The notes below the pieces were generated by a model. That model did not search any database. It saw only the letters and a list, made by a program, of their open reading frames with translations, and had not been told where the DNA came from. Both the position numbers and the translations under genes were made by a program. Of a DNA stretch of 64,000 bases, positions 17,278-26,069 are shown in pieces. Source of the DNA: an uncultured Clostridia bacterium (GTDB lineage Bacteria > Bacillota > Clostridia > Peptostreptococcales > Anaerovoracaceae); the NCBI GenBank assembly GCA_944386595.1, contig CALXBQ010000046.1, positions 12,998 to 76,997 on the forward strand, read 5' to 3'. Numbering within the stretch: the first letter of the stretch is position 1; the number at the start of each line of letters is the position of its first letter.

Positions 17278-17308
17278 AGTATACCCCCCCCCGGTAAATA
17301 TTTGTCAA
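17278..17308 (-). promoter_or_regulatory. sigma-A promoter of paralog 3 with a G9 tract in the spacer
   Basis: Minus strand reads TTGACA (17308-17303), AATATTTACC, G9 (C-run 17284-17292), TATACT (17283-17278). The spacer is 19 nt. An A-rich UP-like stretch lies upstream. Confidence 0.7.
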
Positions 17309-17707
17309 CACCTAATTTTTGCCCCTATGGGGGATAATACGGATGGTTTTGACAAAAAGCTCATCGTAATGACTATGCCTCTATTCCTTGATAATTTAAG
17401 GCTATAGCCTGTTTTAGTGTTCCTGCAAAGTCGTGAGAACCGGTTTTCTGCGCAGATAATTTCGCAAAAAAACTTTTTTATTCATTGCTGTTTTTGGCCA
17501 TTTTCCCTCTTCCGTAGACTCGTGTAAGTTAAATTCATTAAACCTCGCTCAGAGGGGCAAATTTCGCTTCCATTTTTTTACAAATCGTTGAAATTTCAAC
17601 GATTTTCGCGATTTTTCGCGGACTTTCTCAAAGTGGCCCCGGCTTCGTAAAAATCCACTTTTTTCCGTATCTCAAAAAACCACCATTTCCAACGTTTTTG
17701 AGCACAC

Positions 17708-17732
17708 AAAAAGAACCGCATCATTGCGGTCC
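17708..17732 (-). terminator. rho-independent terminator ending the paralog 4 transcript
   Basis: Minus strand reads GGACCGCA-AUGA-UGCGGUUC followed by UUUUUGUG. Confidence 0.75.
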
Positions 17733-17900
17733 TTAATTGAAAATCACCCGGCGATTCATTATGTTGCTGCACTATCAAACCGCCGGAGGTGTTTCCCACT
17801 TATTTTGTTATAATCCCGGATACAATATCGAGCCGTGACCTTACGGTCACGACTCAATATCCCTGAAAATCGTTTTTATTAGTCTATTTATGTTGCTATG
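17708..17900 (-). other. conserved structured 3' UTR module of paralog 4
   Basis: Same order as in paralog 3: post-stop box at 17886-17898, GC hairpin at 17825-17860, pseudo-leader / anti-SD at 17759-17795, then the terminator. Confidence 0.55.
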
Positions 17901-19832
17901 TTATGCGATTTTCTGAACTAATTCGTTGGATACTGCATTTTCTCCACCGAATACTACCATTCCGTATGCTGGATCTACAGCCTTAACGATTCTCTTAGCA
18001 GCCTTGTAGTTGCTGTCATTTACGAGTACCAGAGGTGCTCCTTCCTTAGCAGCGAGTACTCCACCAGCAAGTGCATCTGCATAATCGTTTCCGGTTGCTA
18101 CAAATACATAAGCTGCATCCTTGTAGTTAGGAACAAGCTTTTCAACGATGTTTCTGTTGGTTGCATATCTGTCAGCTCCACCGATACGTTCTACCTTCTT
18201 AGCATCAGCGATGTAGCTTCTTCCAGCAAGCTCGTTAAGGATGTTGCCGTTAACTGCAGTTGTTCCACCGAGAACCTTGATGTTCTTTACTGCGTAGTTT
18301 ACACCATCAGTGAGGTCTTCTCTTAAGAATTCTCTCTGATCCTTAGTCAGTCTATCACCAACAAGAAGTACAGGATATCCAGTTGCGGATGCAGAGAGTG
18401 CATCTGCATAATTGGTACCGGTAGCTACAAGGAGTGTTCTCATTCCATCATGATATCCGGTTCCAAGATTATTTGTCACCTCATCGTATGCCTTAAGCAC
18501 TTCAAGGTTAGTATCATATCTGTTGTCGCCTGCAAGTCTTTCAACATCTACGTCGAGCTTATAGAGCTTATCGGTAAATGCCTTGGATACAGCTTCATAT
18601 CCACCGATTACATAAACGTTAACATTGTAGCTAGCAGCATTGTCCATGATGTAATCTGCAACTGTATCTTCAGTTCCTGCGTTTACAAGAAGTATAGGCG
18701 CACCAATCGCCTTAGCAAAAGCTGTAGCGGACAGAGCATCTGCATACTGGTTAGCATTTCCTGTAGCAACAACATAGTTGGTGAATCCCTTTGCAAGCTT
18801 CATCTCATCAGCGATTGCCATAGCAGTTTCAAATCTGTCAGCACCTGCGATTCTGTCCATAATAGCGAGTGCGGAAGCATCATCACCCCATGTACCGTCG
18901 GTAAATATTCCGGAAGCCTTTTTTGCAACTGCCTTCAATGTAACATACTTACCCTTATAGCCATCTTTCACGGTAAATACATTAGATGCACTTTCTCCAT
19001 GATTAGTACCATCTGAATTAGTGATTACCCACTTGTAGTCAGCATATTTTGAAATCTCACCACCGTTCCACTTATAGGAACCATCTTTGTCAAGATTGTA
19101 GTTGGAAATTACAGTCTCATCATCAAAGGTAATGCTGTAAATAGCGTAAGTTTCTCCTATTACTGGCTGATCAGCAAACTGAAGCTTACCATATTTATCC
19201 AACTCAGGAACTCCAGCTTCAGTTGACTTAATTACCTGAACATCTACAATCTTGCTAGGAAGCTGCTCATCATAAACGATAGCCTGATGTCCATCCTTTA
19301 CATCTCCGTCCCAACCTTCGAACACTACGTTTTCAACGGATTCTACTTCCTTATCGAGTTTGATAGTGAACACCTCGTCAACGCCCTTTGTTCCCTGGTT
19401 GTCCACTTCTAAGTAGAGATATTTCTGATTAGGATCTCCGGCAATGTCAAACTTCCAGGTAAGAGTAGTAATCGCTGCAGGAACGGCAACATTCTTTCCC
19501 GAATCAACTACGCTCAAACCTTTTGCACCGAGACTGGTATCAATTGCCAATACCTCATCATACTTCTGTCCCTGGTTACCTACCATGTTGATAGCATACC
19601 TGAAGGTACCCTTTGTTCTCAAGAAGTCAACATTAACGGTGTAGGTATCACCGTCACTAATTGTGGTTCCGGTCTGGGAAATACCGCCCTTGAGATGAGT
19701 GTTGTCGATGAGCACCTCATTTGTCTCAGGCATGGTCTGGGTATTGTCCGGACCCCAAACAGCGAATGCAGGTACAGCGCTTGTTACAATCATAGCGGCT
19801 GTAACTGCAAAAGCCACAAGTTTCTTTTTCAT
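17901..19832 (-). CDS. secreted cell-wall/S-layer-type protein, variable N-terminus + 3x CWB2 (paralog 4)
   Basis: Signal peptide MKKKLVAFAVTAAMIVTSAVPAFA. Three repeats of RIAGADRFETA...ATGNANQYADALS...APILLVN. C-terminus is GGENAVSNELVQKIA. Confidence 0.9.
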   Translation of the reverse strand: MKKKLVAFAVTAAMIVTSAVPAFAVWGPDNTQTMPETNEVLIDNTHLKGGISQTGTTISDGDTYTVNVDFLRTKGTFRYAINMVGNQGQKYDEVLAIDTSLGAKGLSVVDSGKNVAVPAAITTLTWKFDIAGDPNQKYLYLEVDNQGTKGVDEVFTIKLDKEVESVENVVFEGWDGDVKDGHQAIVYDEQLPSKIVDVQVIKSTEAGVPELDKYGKLQFADQPVIGETYAIYSITFDDETVISNYNLDKDGSYKWNGGEISKYADYKWVITNSDGTNHGESASNVFTVKDGYKGKYVTLKAVAKKASGIFTDGTWGDDASALAIMDRIAGADRFETAMAIADEMKLAKGFTNYVVATGNANQYADALSATAFAKAIGAPILLVNAGTEDTVADYIMDNAASYNVNVYVIGGYEAVSKAFTDKLYKLDVDVERLAGDNRYDTNLEVLKAYDEVTNNLGTGYHDGMRTLLVATGTNYADALSASATGYPVLLVGDRLTKDQREFLREDLTDGVNYAVKNIKVLGGTTAVNGNILNELAGRSYIADAKKVERIGGADRYATNRNIVEKLVPNYKDAAYVFVATGNDYADALAGGVLAAKEGAPLVLVNDSNYKAAKRIVKAVDPAYGMVVFGGENAVSNELVQKIA

Positions 19833-19902
19833 TACATCCTCCTTCTCACTTTATAAAAGTGATGTTTGCTTGATTAAGTTTAGCAACATAAATTTCACAG
19901 TA

Positions 19903-19933
19903 AGTATACCCCCCCCCGGTAAATATTTGTCAA
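19903..19933 (-). promoter_or_regulatory. sigma-A promoter of paralog 4 with a G9 tract in the spacer
   Basis: TTGACA (19933-19928), 19-nt spacer with C-run 19909-19917, TATACT (19908-19903). Confidence 0.7.
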
Positions 19934-20754
19934 CACCTAATTTTTTCGCCTTCGGCGGAGGTTTATGAGAATTTTGACTGAAATTTCATCGGATCCGATA
20001 TGGCTTCAGACGTTGAAAATCACGGGATACAGCCGGTTTTGCGCGGAACGGTATGCACGTTTTGTGAGAGAAATGGCAGCGAAAATCCTCTAAAAACTTT
20101 TTTCTTGTCTCACCGATTTTCCGCATCTTCCGTGTAACTCTTCGCATCTTCAGAAAAACCCCGCTCAGAGGCGAAATTTAGGCTTCCAATTTCTTACAGA
20201 CCCTTGAAATTCCAACGATTTTCGCCATTTTTCGCCGCATTTTCTCTTTTGTCTCTAAAAGCCGAAACATCGCCGCCCGCAGCCGTTGAAATTCCAACGT
20301 TTGCGACGCTCAGAATTTCACTTTAAAATACCTGGCGCATAGGCTATATTAAAGCTGGATGGTTTGGCTTTCGTTAGGTTAACCGCTCTTCACCTGTCCT
20401 CTTGGTCCTGCCATTATGCCACGGCTTCAGCGCTGTGGTTTTTTGCAATTTACTGTTTTTACCATATGGCAGCAATGGGCGTGCACACTTCTACCTTATT
20501 CCGCCTGGCACTGCGCTTTGGTCTAACGAAATTCTAACAAAAACGCTGCAATACGCTGTTTGGTAGAACTTTTCAGGCTTAACAAAGCTCATTCCGGATA
20601 AATTCTTCTACCAAATCTTGTGACCTCTGTTGAAAAATCTAATATCGTTAGATTGAAATCCCGAAACCACCGCAAAAAGTAGAACCCTCGTCAGCGCAGC
20701 AGCCCGAATACCTATAGCCAAAGCGCGCTTCTCCCATCCGGCCTTTGATCCCAC

Positions 20755-20785
20755 GAAAAAAGACCGCAGGTTTCCCCGCGGCCCT
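20755..20785 (-). terminator. rho-independent terminator ending the paralog 5 transcript
   Basis: Minus strand reads GGCCGCGG-GGAAA-CCUGCGGUC followed by UUUUUUCG. Confidence 0.7.
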
Positions 20786-20983
20786 AGAAATCACCTGGCG
20801 ATTTATCTATGTTGCTGCACTATCAAATCACCGGAGGTGTTTCTTGTTATTAAATTTCGCCGCGCAAAACCCGCAGCCTCGTTAATCTCAATAATTCCTG
20901 AGACAATATCGAGCCGCGACCTTCCTGGCCGCGACTCAATATACTGAAAATCGTGTTTACTTTAGTCTATTTATGTTGCTATG
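20755..20983 (-). other. conserved structured 3' UTR module of paralog 5
   Basis: Post-stop box at 20969-20981, GC hairpin at 20906-20942, pseudo-leader / anti-SD at 20807-20845, then the terminator. Confidence 0.55.
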
Positions 20984-22933
20984 TTATGCGATTTTCTGAA
21001 CTAATTCGTTGGATACTGCATTTTCTCCACCGATTACTACAAGTCCTGCATAGTTGGAATTAGATCCTGTGTTAACCATCTCAATGATGTCCTTAGCAGG
21101 GTCGATTTCGCTGTTGTTTACCAGTACGAGCGGTGCACCATTGTGTGCAGCCAGTGCTCCACCGGTAAGTGCGTCTGCATAATCGTTTCCAGTTGCAACG
21201 AATACATACTTAGCAGAACCCTTATTTTCAACGAACTTTTCCATAACCATCATGTTGGTTTCAAATCTGTCAGCTCCGCCTATTCTGGTTACGCTCTTTG
21301 CTTTGTAAGCTTTAGAGGAAAGTTCATCTTTTACATCATCGCTTACAGCATTTCTTCCGCCAATGATTGTGTAGTTTCTCTGATCTGCTGCTTCGCTATT
21401 AATCTCATAGATATAATTTCTCTGCTCCTTTGTAAGCGCATCTCCTACCAGAAGAACCGGCTTGCCAGTAGCAGCTGCAGAAAGTGCATCTGGGAAATTA
21501 TTACCGGAAGCTACGAGAATATCAAACATATCTCCGTCTGCTCCTATACCTTCTGGTGCCTTGTTATCAAATGCCTTCAGAACCGCAATGTTAGTTGCAT
21601 ATCTGTCAGCACCTGCAATTCTGTCTACATCTACTGCGAACTTCTTAAGCGCTGTTTCAAAGTCTGCGGATACAGCCTTTTCTCCACCAACGATATACAC
21701 GTTAGCATTGTAATTTGCTGCGTTATCCTTAATGTACTGTGCTACTTTTTCTTCATAATCGCCATTTACCAGAAGAACCGGTGCGCCTACTTTATCAGCA
21801 AGTGCGGTTACAGAAAGTGCATCTGCGTAGTTAGCTCCTGTAGCTACGAAAATGTTGGTAAATCCGTCTGCTGGCTTCATCTGATCAGCAACCTTTATAG
21901 CGGTTTCATATCTGTCAGCGCCAGCGATTCTCTGCTGAATAGCAATGGATTCTGCATCTTCACCCCATGTTGCCTCGCCGAAAATACCAGAAGTCTTGTT
22001 GCCGGAAACAGTAGCCGTTACATATGCACCCTTGTAATTGTCGTTGTTAACTTCGAAGTGAACATTCTTAGAAAGATTTTCTAACTTAACTTCTGTACCG
22101 TCTCTCTTAGTAACTGCCCAGTTATAGTTAACATACTCTCCTACATCACCAGTGTAACCCGTTACCTTTCCGTCTTTGATGACAAAGTTACTAATTTCAG
22201 TTCCATCATTAAAGGTGATGCTGTTAACCACATACTTTCCACCGAAAACCGGCTGGTCTACTACCTGAACTCTGCCATATTTATCAAGGTCAGGAATCCA
22301 TCCGGTCATTTCGTTCACTCCATTTACATACTCAGCCTTAACTACTTCTACGTCAGTTACATATTCAGGAACCTGATCCTGGTAAATGGTAGTAGTATCG
22401 CTAGCAGCACCAGCTTTGTAACCATCTCTGTTAACAACCGATACGGATACTACTTCTTCTGCTTCTGTTGGGAGATCCCACTCAAGGTAAGTATCTACAG
22501 CCGTTGTAGTATTCAGTGAGTCAACATTAAGAAAAATCTTCTTGGCTTTTTCGCTTACTTCCCAAGAGAAAGTAGTGATTCCCGTATTGATAGTCTTGTG
22601 TGATCCAGGTACACCGCCCTTCCAAACCTGATCATTATCAAATACAGCCTTTGTTGTGATAATCTTATCCTTATTGGTTCTCAGGTCAAGACTTAAAACA
22701 TAGTTACCACTGGTCTTTAACAGGTCAACGGTAACACCGTAGGTAGCACCTTCTGTTATAGAGGCTTCAATCTCGTTAGTGATTCCGCCTTTAAGGGTAT
22801 CCTTATCGAGAACAACTGCATTGGCTTCAGGCCAATCAGCCTGTCCTGCAGGACCCCACTCAGCAAATACAGGTACAGCGCTGGTTACTACCATAGCGGC
22901 TGTAACTGCAAAAGCCACAAGTTTCTTTTTCAT
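20984..22933 (-). CDS. secreted cell-wall/S-layer-type protein, variable N-terminus + 3x CWB2 (paralog 5)
   Basis: Signal peptide MKKKLVAFAVTAAMVVTSAVPVFA. Three repeats of RIAGADRYETA...ATGANYADALS...APVLLVN. C-terminus is GGENAVSNELVQKIA. Confidence 0.9.
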   Translation of the reverse strand: MKKKLVAFAVTAAMVVTSAVPVFAEWGPAGQADWPEANAVVLDKDTLKGGITNEIEASITEGATYGVTVDLLKTSGNYVLSLDLRTNKDKIITTKAVFDNDQVWKGGVPGSHKTINTGITTFSWEVSEKAKKIFLNVDSLNTTTAVDTYLEWDLPTEAEEVVSVSVVNRDGYKAGAASDTTTIYQDQVPEYVTDVEVVKAEYVNGVNEMTGWIPDLDKYGRVQVVDQPVFGGKYVVNSITFNDGTEISNFVIKDGKVTGYTGDVGEYVNYNWAVTKRDGTEVKLENLSKNVHFEVNNDNYKGAYVTATVSGNKTSGIFGEATWGEDAESIAIQQRIAGADRYETAIKVADQMKPADGFTNIFVATGANYADALSVTALADKVGAPVLLVNGDYEEKVAQYIKDNAANYNANVYIVGGEKAVSADFETALKKFAVDVDRIAGADRYATNIAVLKAFDNKAPEGIGADGDMFDILVASGNNFPDALSAAATGKPVLLVGDALTKEQRNYIYEINSEAADQRNYTIIGGRNAVSDDVKDELSSKAYKAKSVTRIGGADRFETNMMVMEKFVENKGSAKYVFVATGNDYADALTGGALAAHNGAPLVLVNNSEIDPAKDIIEMVNTGSNSNYAGLVVIGGENAVSNELVQKIA

Positions 22934-23004
22934 TACATCCTCCTTCTCACTTTTGCAAGTGATGTTTGCTTTGATTAAGTTTTAGCAACATAAATTTCAC
23001 AGTA

Positions 23005-23034
23005 AGTATACCCCCCCCGGTAAATATTTGTCAA
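23005..23034 (-). promoter_or_regulatory. sigma-A promoter of paralog 5 with a G8 tract in the spacer (the only 18-nt spacer)
   Basis: TTGACA (23034-23029), 18-nt spacer with C-run 23011-23018 (8 C), TATACT (23010-23005). Confidence 0.7.
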
Positions 23035-23269
23035 CACCTATTTTTTGAACCCGTGAGAAATCTTTCAGCGAATTTTGACTCAAACGCCGACGGAACCGGT
23101 GTGGGGGTATAAGCCAAAATAGGAGGATTACAGGGGGTTTTGCCCAAATAGGCAGGTGAGGATTTTGAAGCAAAGAATGTTTGTTATTAGAAAAACATTT
23201 CTGCAACGTCGATCAACTTTTTTCGGCTTTACGGTTGAAAGTCGCGAAAGGTTAGATTATAATAAAGCC

Positions 23270-23358
23270 AAGAGGAAGCGGGTAGCCGACTTTCTGATAG
23301 AGTTTTAATTAAAATCAAAACCGTCTCAGGTGGTCAGACCTGGGGCGGTTTACTTTTT
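23270..23358 (+). ncRNA. candidate antitoxin sRNA (~90 nt), convergent with and 3'-overlapping the small toxin ORF
   Basis: Near-consensus promoter: TTGAAA (23235-23240), 17 nt, TATAAT (23258-23263). The transcript would start near 23270. It would end at hairpin AAAACCGUCUCAGGU-GGUCAG-ACCUGGGGCGGUUU followed by ACUUUUU. Confidence 0.45.
23317..23358. terminator. bidirectional terminator shared by the toxin mRNA and the sRNA
   Basis: A 12-bp stem flanked by AAAAUCAAAA on one side and UUUACUUUUU on the other. It pairs fully (with two G-U) in the plus transcript and has two C-A mismatches in the minus transcript. Confidence 0.55.
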
Positions 23359-23427
23359 ACGGTGGTTATCCCATCTGATTAACCCCATAATCATCAAGAC
23401 GATTACGAGGATTTCATAATCAGACAT
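23350..23427 (-). CDS. type I toxin-like 25-aa hydrophobic peptide
   Basis: GGAAAGGAGCC then ATG. Product is MSDYEILVIVLMIMGLIRWDNHRKK, one TM helix plus a basic tail. An extended -10 TGGTATAAT (core at 23482-23477) lies upstream. The stop codon abuts the shared hairpin. Below the 60-aa cutoff of the ORF track. Confidence 0.5.
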   Translation of the reverse strand: MSDYEILVIVLMIMGLIRWDNHRKK

Positions 23428-23633
23428 AAGGCTCCTTTCCGAAAGTCGACCGCCTCCCGTCCTCTTGGCAAGTTTGATTATACCACAGTCGTCACACCAT
23501 TTCTGTAGCATACCCCTCATATACAAAAACAGAATTTCCAGACATAATTTCAGAAAATGAATTGTAGGGGAAACCGGGACAATTCAACATCGCAGGTTTT
23601 CACTGATTAATTATGCGTCACAATCACGACACG

Positions 23634-23662
23634 AAAAACCGCAGACATTTGCGCCTGCGGTT
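23634..23662 (-). terminator. rho-independent terminator ending the paralog 6 transcript
   Basis: Minus strand reads AACCGCAG-GCGCAAAUGU-CUGCGGUU followed by UUUCGUG. Confidence 0.75.
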
Positions 23663-23969
23663 TCGTTCGAAAATCCCTTGTGGCTTTTGCTTTATGTTGC
23701 TGCATAAACTTAATCACTGGGAGATTTTCCTTGTTTTGTTTTCGTGGGGTATCCCCCCGAAAGGACAAAGTGTGCCGCCCGGATCTTCGGCATCCGGGTT
23801 ATGAGCCCGACGCGCTTACCAGCACCGGCCTGTCGCTTGCCTCAAGCGTTCTGTAATCTTCCTCCTGTCTTTTCGGTGAGACACTTTTTATATAATATCG
23901 AGCCGCGGGCATTAACTCCGCGACTCGATATCTTTTGAAAATCGTGTTTACTTTAGTCTATTTATGTTG
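23634..23969 (-). other. conserved structured 3' UTR module of paralog 6 (longer variant)
   Basis: Post-stop box at 23960-23972 overlaps the TAG stop. GC hairpin at 23895-23931. Pseudo-leader at 23691-23735, where TTTATGTTGCTGCATAAACTTAATCA mirrors the 5' leader TTTATGTTGCTAAAACTTAATCA. Confidence 0.55.
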
Positions 23970-25820
23970 CTACTGTCCTACTACGATTTCCTGAACCAAT
24001 TCGTTGGAAACTGCAGCCGTTCCACCGAATACGAAGATTCTGCCCTCACTAGCAACACCTTCACTTGCGATAATGTAGTTAGCAGTTTCAACGTTGTTAT
24101 TGTTTACCAATGCCAGAGGGTAAGGACCATAAGCTGCGGCATTTGCTGCGGCAACGAGACCGTCTGCAAAATCATCGCCCGTCGCTACGTATACAGCAGG
24201 TGTAGAATTCCACTTATCAGAGAATGCCTGATATACTCTCTCATTAGTTGTATATCTGTTATCTCCTGCCACTCTTACAACATCAGTCAGTACATTTGCT
24301 ACATATTCTCCACTCTGCAGTTCACCGAACAAATCAGCACTTACAGCATTGGTGCCACCAATTACGTAGTACTTGTCATTCTGTCCGAGAGAGCCTAAGA
24401 ACTTTCTCTGTGCACTGTTAAGGCTGTCACCTACCAGAAGCACTGGTTCTCCGGTTGCAGCTGCTGAAAGAACATCTGCATACGAGGTTCCAGATGCAAC
24501 GAGTATTTCAGCTGAAGAATCTATTTCCAGCTCATCGAGTACTGCAAGATTTGTTACATATCTATCTGCACCCGCAAGTCTCTCTACATCAGCGTATCTA
24601 TAAAGAGCATCTTCAAAACCCTGAGAAACGACGCTGGTTCCACCGATGATGTAAATCTTGGTTCCATTATAAGTTGCATTTGCATTTATAAAGTCTACGA
24701 CTGCCTCTTCATAATCGTCATTTACCAGAAGTACTGGATATTTTTTCTCAGCTGCAAGTGCAACTGCAGAAAGTGCATCAGGATAATCCGCACCGCTTGC
24801 AATTACAACTCCACCGAACTTCTGTCCTGACTGCAATGTTGCTTTCGCAAGATTCATCGCAGTTTCATATCTGTTAGCACCTGCATAACGTGTAAATCTT
24901 GCAAGAGCCTCAGAGTCAGCACCCCAAACTACTTCATCGAATACTCCAGTTCCTGCCTTACCGGATACCACTGCAGTAATCTTATGTCCCTGATCGTCAG
25001 CGGTTGGAGTGTACTTAACGTCTGTACCAACAACAGTAACACCATCTCTCAGCCAGGCGATATCAGTGTATGTTTTAATATCATCGGCTGTCGTAAGCTT
25101 GGTATCAGCTGTCAGTGTAACTTCGCTTATAGTGAGTTCCTGTCCGAGAACGGCCTGAGTAGCCTCAACATATTCAGGAACAGTATAACTTGCTCCCTGT
25201 CTTGCGGCCTCTATAGGGTCGTATTCTTCATTCTTAACGATAACCTTGAGGCTTTCTACGTTTTCCGGATGCTCATAATACATAGTCATTGCGACATCTC
25301 CGCCTGCATTGAAGTGAGAAATCCAGTCAGCTCCTTCAGCAAGTCCAAGCTTCTTTGTGGTTACTTTTGGGGTCTGAAGCCCAAGTTCAATAACCGATAC
25401 ATCCACTCCGTATTCAGATACATCGTACACAAGTTCAATCATTCCCTTGGTGTTAGAAACTATCTGTTCACCATTCACAGTGATATTAGATCCTGTGCTC
25501 CAACCACGAACAACGGTTGAAATCTGATCCTTCTGAGTACCATTTTCCTTGTCGGCAAAGAATAAATCGTACTGATAATAGTGTCCCTCTCCAGGACCCT
25601 TGTTTAAATCAATCACCTGACTGAAGTGAGCACCATCAGCAGCAGGGCCAGCTACAGCATAAGTTGCCCTATTCTCACCTGCATTTAAGGTGATCACATT
25701 TGGATTCGGATTAGTCGTCGGAGTAGTCGGCTTATCCGTCCAGTCTACAGCAAATACAGGTACAGCGCTGGTGATTATCATAGCTGCCGTAACTGCAAAA
25801 GCTACAAGTTTCTTTTTCAT
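23970..25820 (-). CDS. secreted cell-wall/S-layer-type protein, variable N-terminus + 3x CWB2 (paralog 6)
   Basis: Signal peptide MKKKLVAFAVTAAMIITSAVPVFA. Three repeats of RYAGANRYETA...ASGADYPDALS...YPVLLVN. The N-terminal type resembles paralog 1 (MYYEHPENVESL vs MYVDYPENIKSV). Confidence 0.9.
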   Translation of the reverse strand: MKKKLVAFAVTAAMIITSAVPVFAVDWTDKPTTPTTNPNPNVITLNAGENRATYAVAGPAADGAHFSQVIDLNKGPGEGHYYQYDLFFADKENGTQKDQISTVVRGWSTGSNITVNGEQIVSNTKGMIELVYDVSEYGVDVSVIELGLQTPKVTTKKLGLAEGADWISHFNAGGDVAMTMYYEHPENVESLKVIVKNEEYDPIEAARQGASYTVPEYVEATQAVLGQELTISEVTLTADTKLTTADDIKTYTDIAWLRDGVTVVGTDVKYTPTADDQGHKITAVVSGKAGTGVFDEVVWGADSEALARFTRYAGANRYETAMNLAKATLQSGQKFGGVVIASGADYPDALSAVALAAEKKYPVLLVNDDYEEAVVDFINANATYNGTKIYIIGGTSVVSQGFEDALYRYADVERLAGADRYVTNLAVLDELEIDSSAEILVASGTSYADVLSAAATGEPVLLVGDSLNSAQRKFLGSLGQNDKYYVIGGTNAVSADLFGELQSGEYVANVLTDVVRVAGDNRYTTNERVYQAFSDKWNSTPAVYVATGDDFADGLVAAANAAAYGPYPLALVNNNNVETANYIIASEGVASEGRIFVFGGTAAVSNELVQEIVVGQ

Positions 25821-25888
25821 TACATCCTCCTTCTCACTTTGTTAAAGTGATGTTTGCTTATTAGTTTAGCAACATAAATTTCACAGTA

Positions 25889-25919
25889 AGTATACCCCCC
25901 CCCGGTAAATATTTGTCAA
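25889..25919 (-). promoter_or_regulatory. sigma-A promoter of paralog 6 with a G9 tract in the spacer
   Basis: TTGACA (25919-25914), 19-nt spacer with C-run 25895-25903, TATACT (25894-25889). Confidence 0.7.
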
Positions 25920-26032
25920 CACCTATTTTTTTGAACCTGTGAGAAATCTTTCAGCGGATTTTAATCTAAACGCCGGCGGAACCGGTGTGGGGGCATTGCC
26001 GGAAGTCTGTGGATAAGCGCAAAAGGCAACAC

Positions 26033-26069
26033 TAAAACAGCCTGCGAAGGATTTCTCCCTCGCAGGCTC
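26033..26069 (-). terminator. rho-independent terminator ending the paralog 7 transcript
   Basis: Minus strand reads GAGCCUGCGAGGG-AGAAAU-CCUUCGCAGGCU followed by GUUUUAG. Confidence 0.65.

Noticed and set aside
17596-17799. Intergenic ORFs in the paralog spacers: 17596..17799, 19699..19968, 22997..23206, 23613..23938, 26115..26360, 28266..28625, 14912..15250 and 28850..29056.
   Set aside because: They run across promoters, terminators and the conserved UTR elements. They have no SD. They are not conserved between homologous spacers even though the nucleotide blocks are.
19965-20093. 42-aa plus-strand ORF MRILTEISSDPIWLQTLKITGYSRFCAERYARFVREMAAKIL after GGAGG.
   Set aside because: The SD-to-ATG spacing is only 3 nt. 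The homologous upstream blocks of the other paralogs (about 17340, 23060 and 25940) do not keep the frame.
21143-22084. Long plus-strand ORFs lying antisense inside the CWB2 genes: 21143..22084 (313 aa), 18450..19016, 24984..25520, 6008..6463, 6761..7306, 14133..14402, 16876..17235 and 27112..27453.
   Set aside because: All are shadows of strongly supported minus-strand genes. Their products are Cys/Ser/Ile-rich low-complexity strings with no start signals. Open antisense frames are expected here because of the codon bias of the sense genes.
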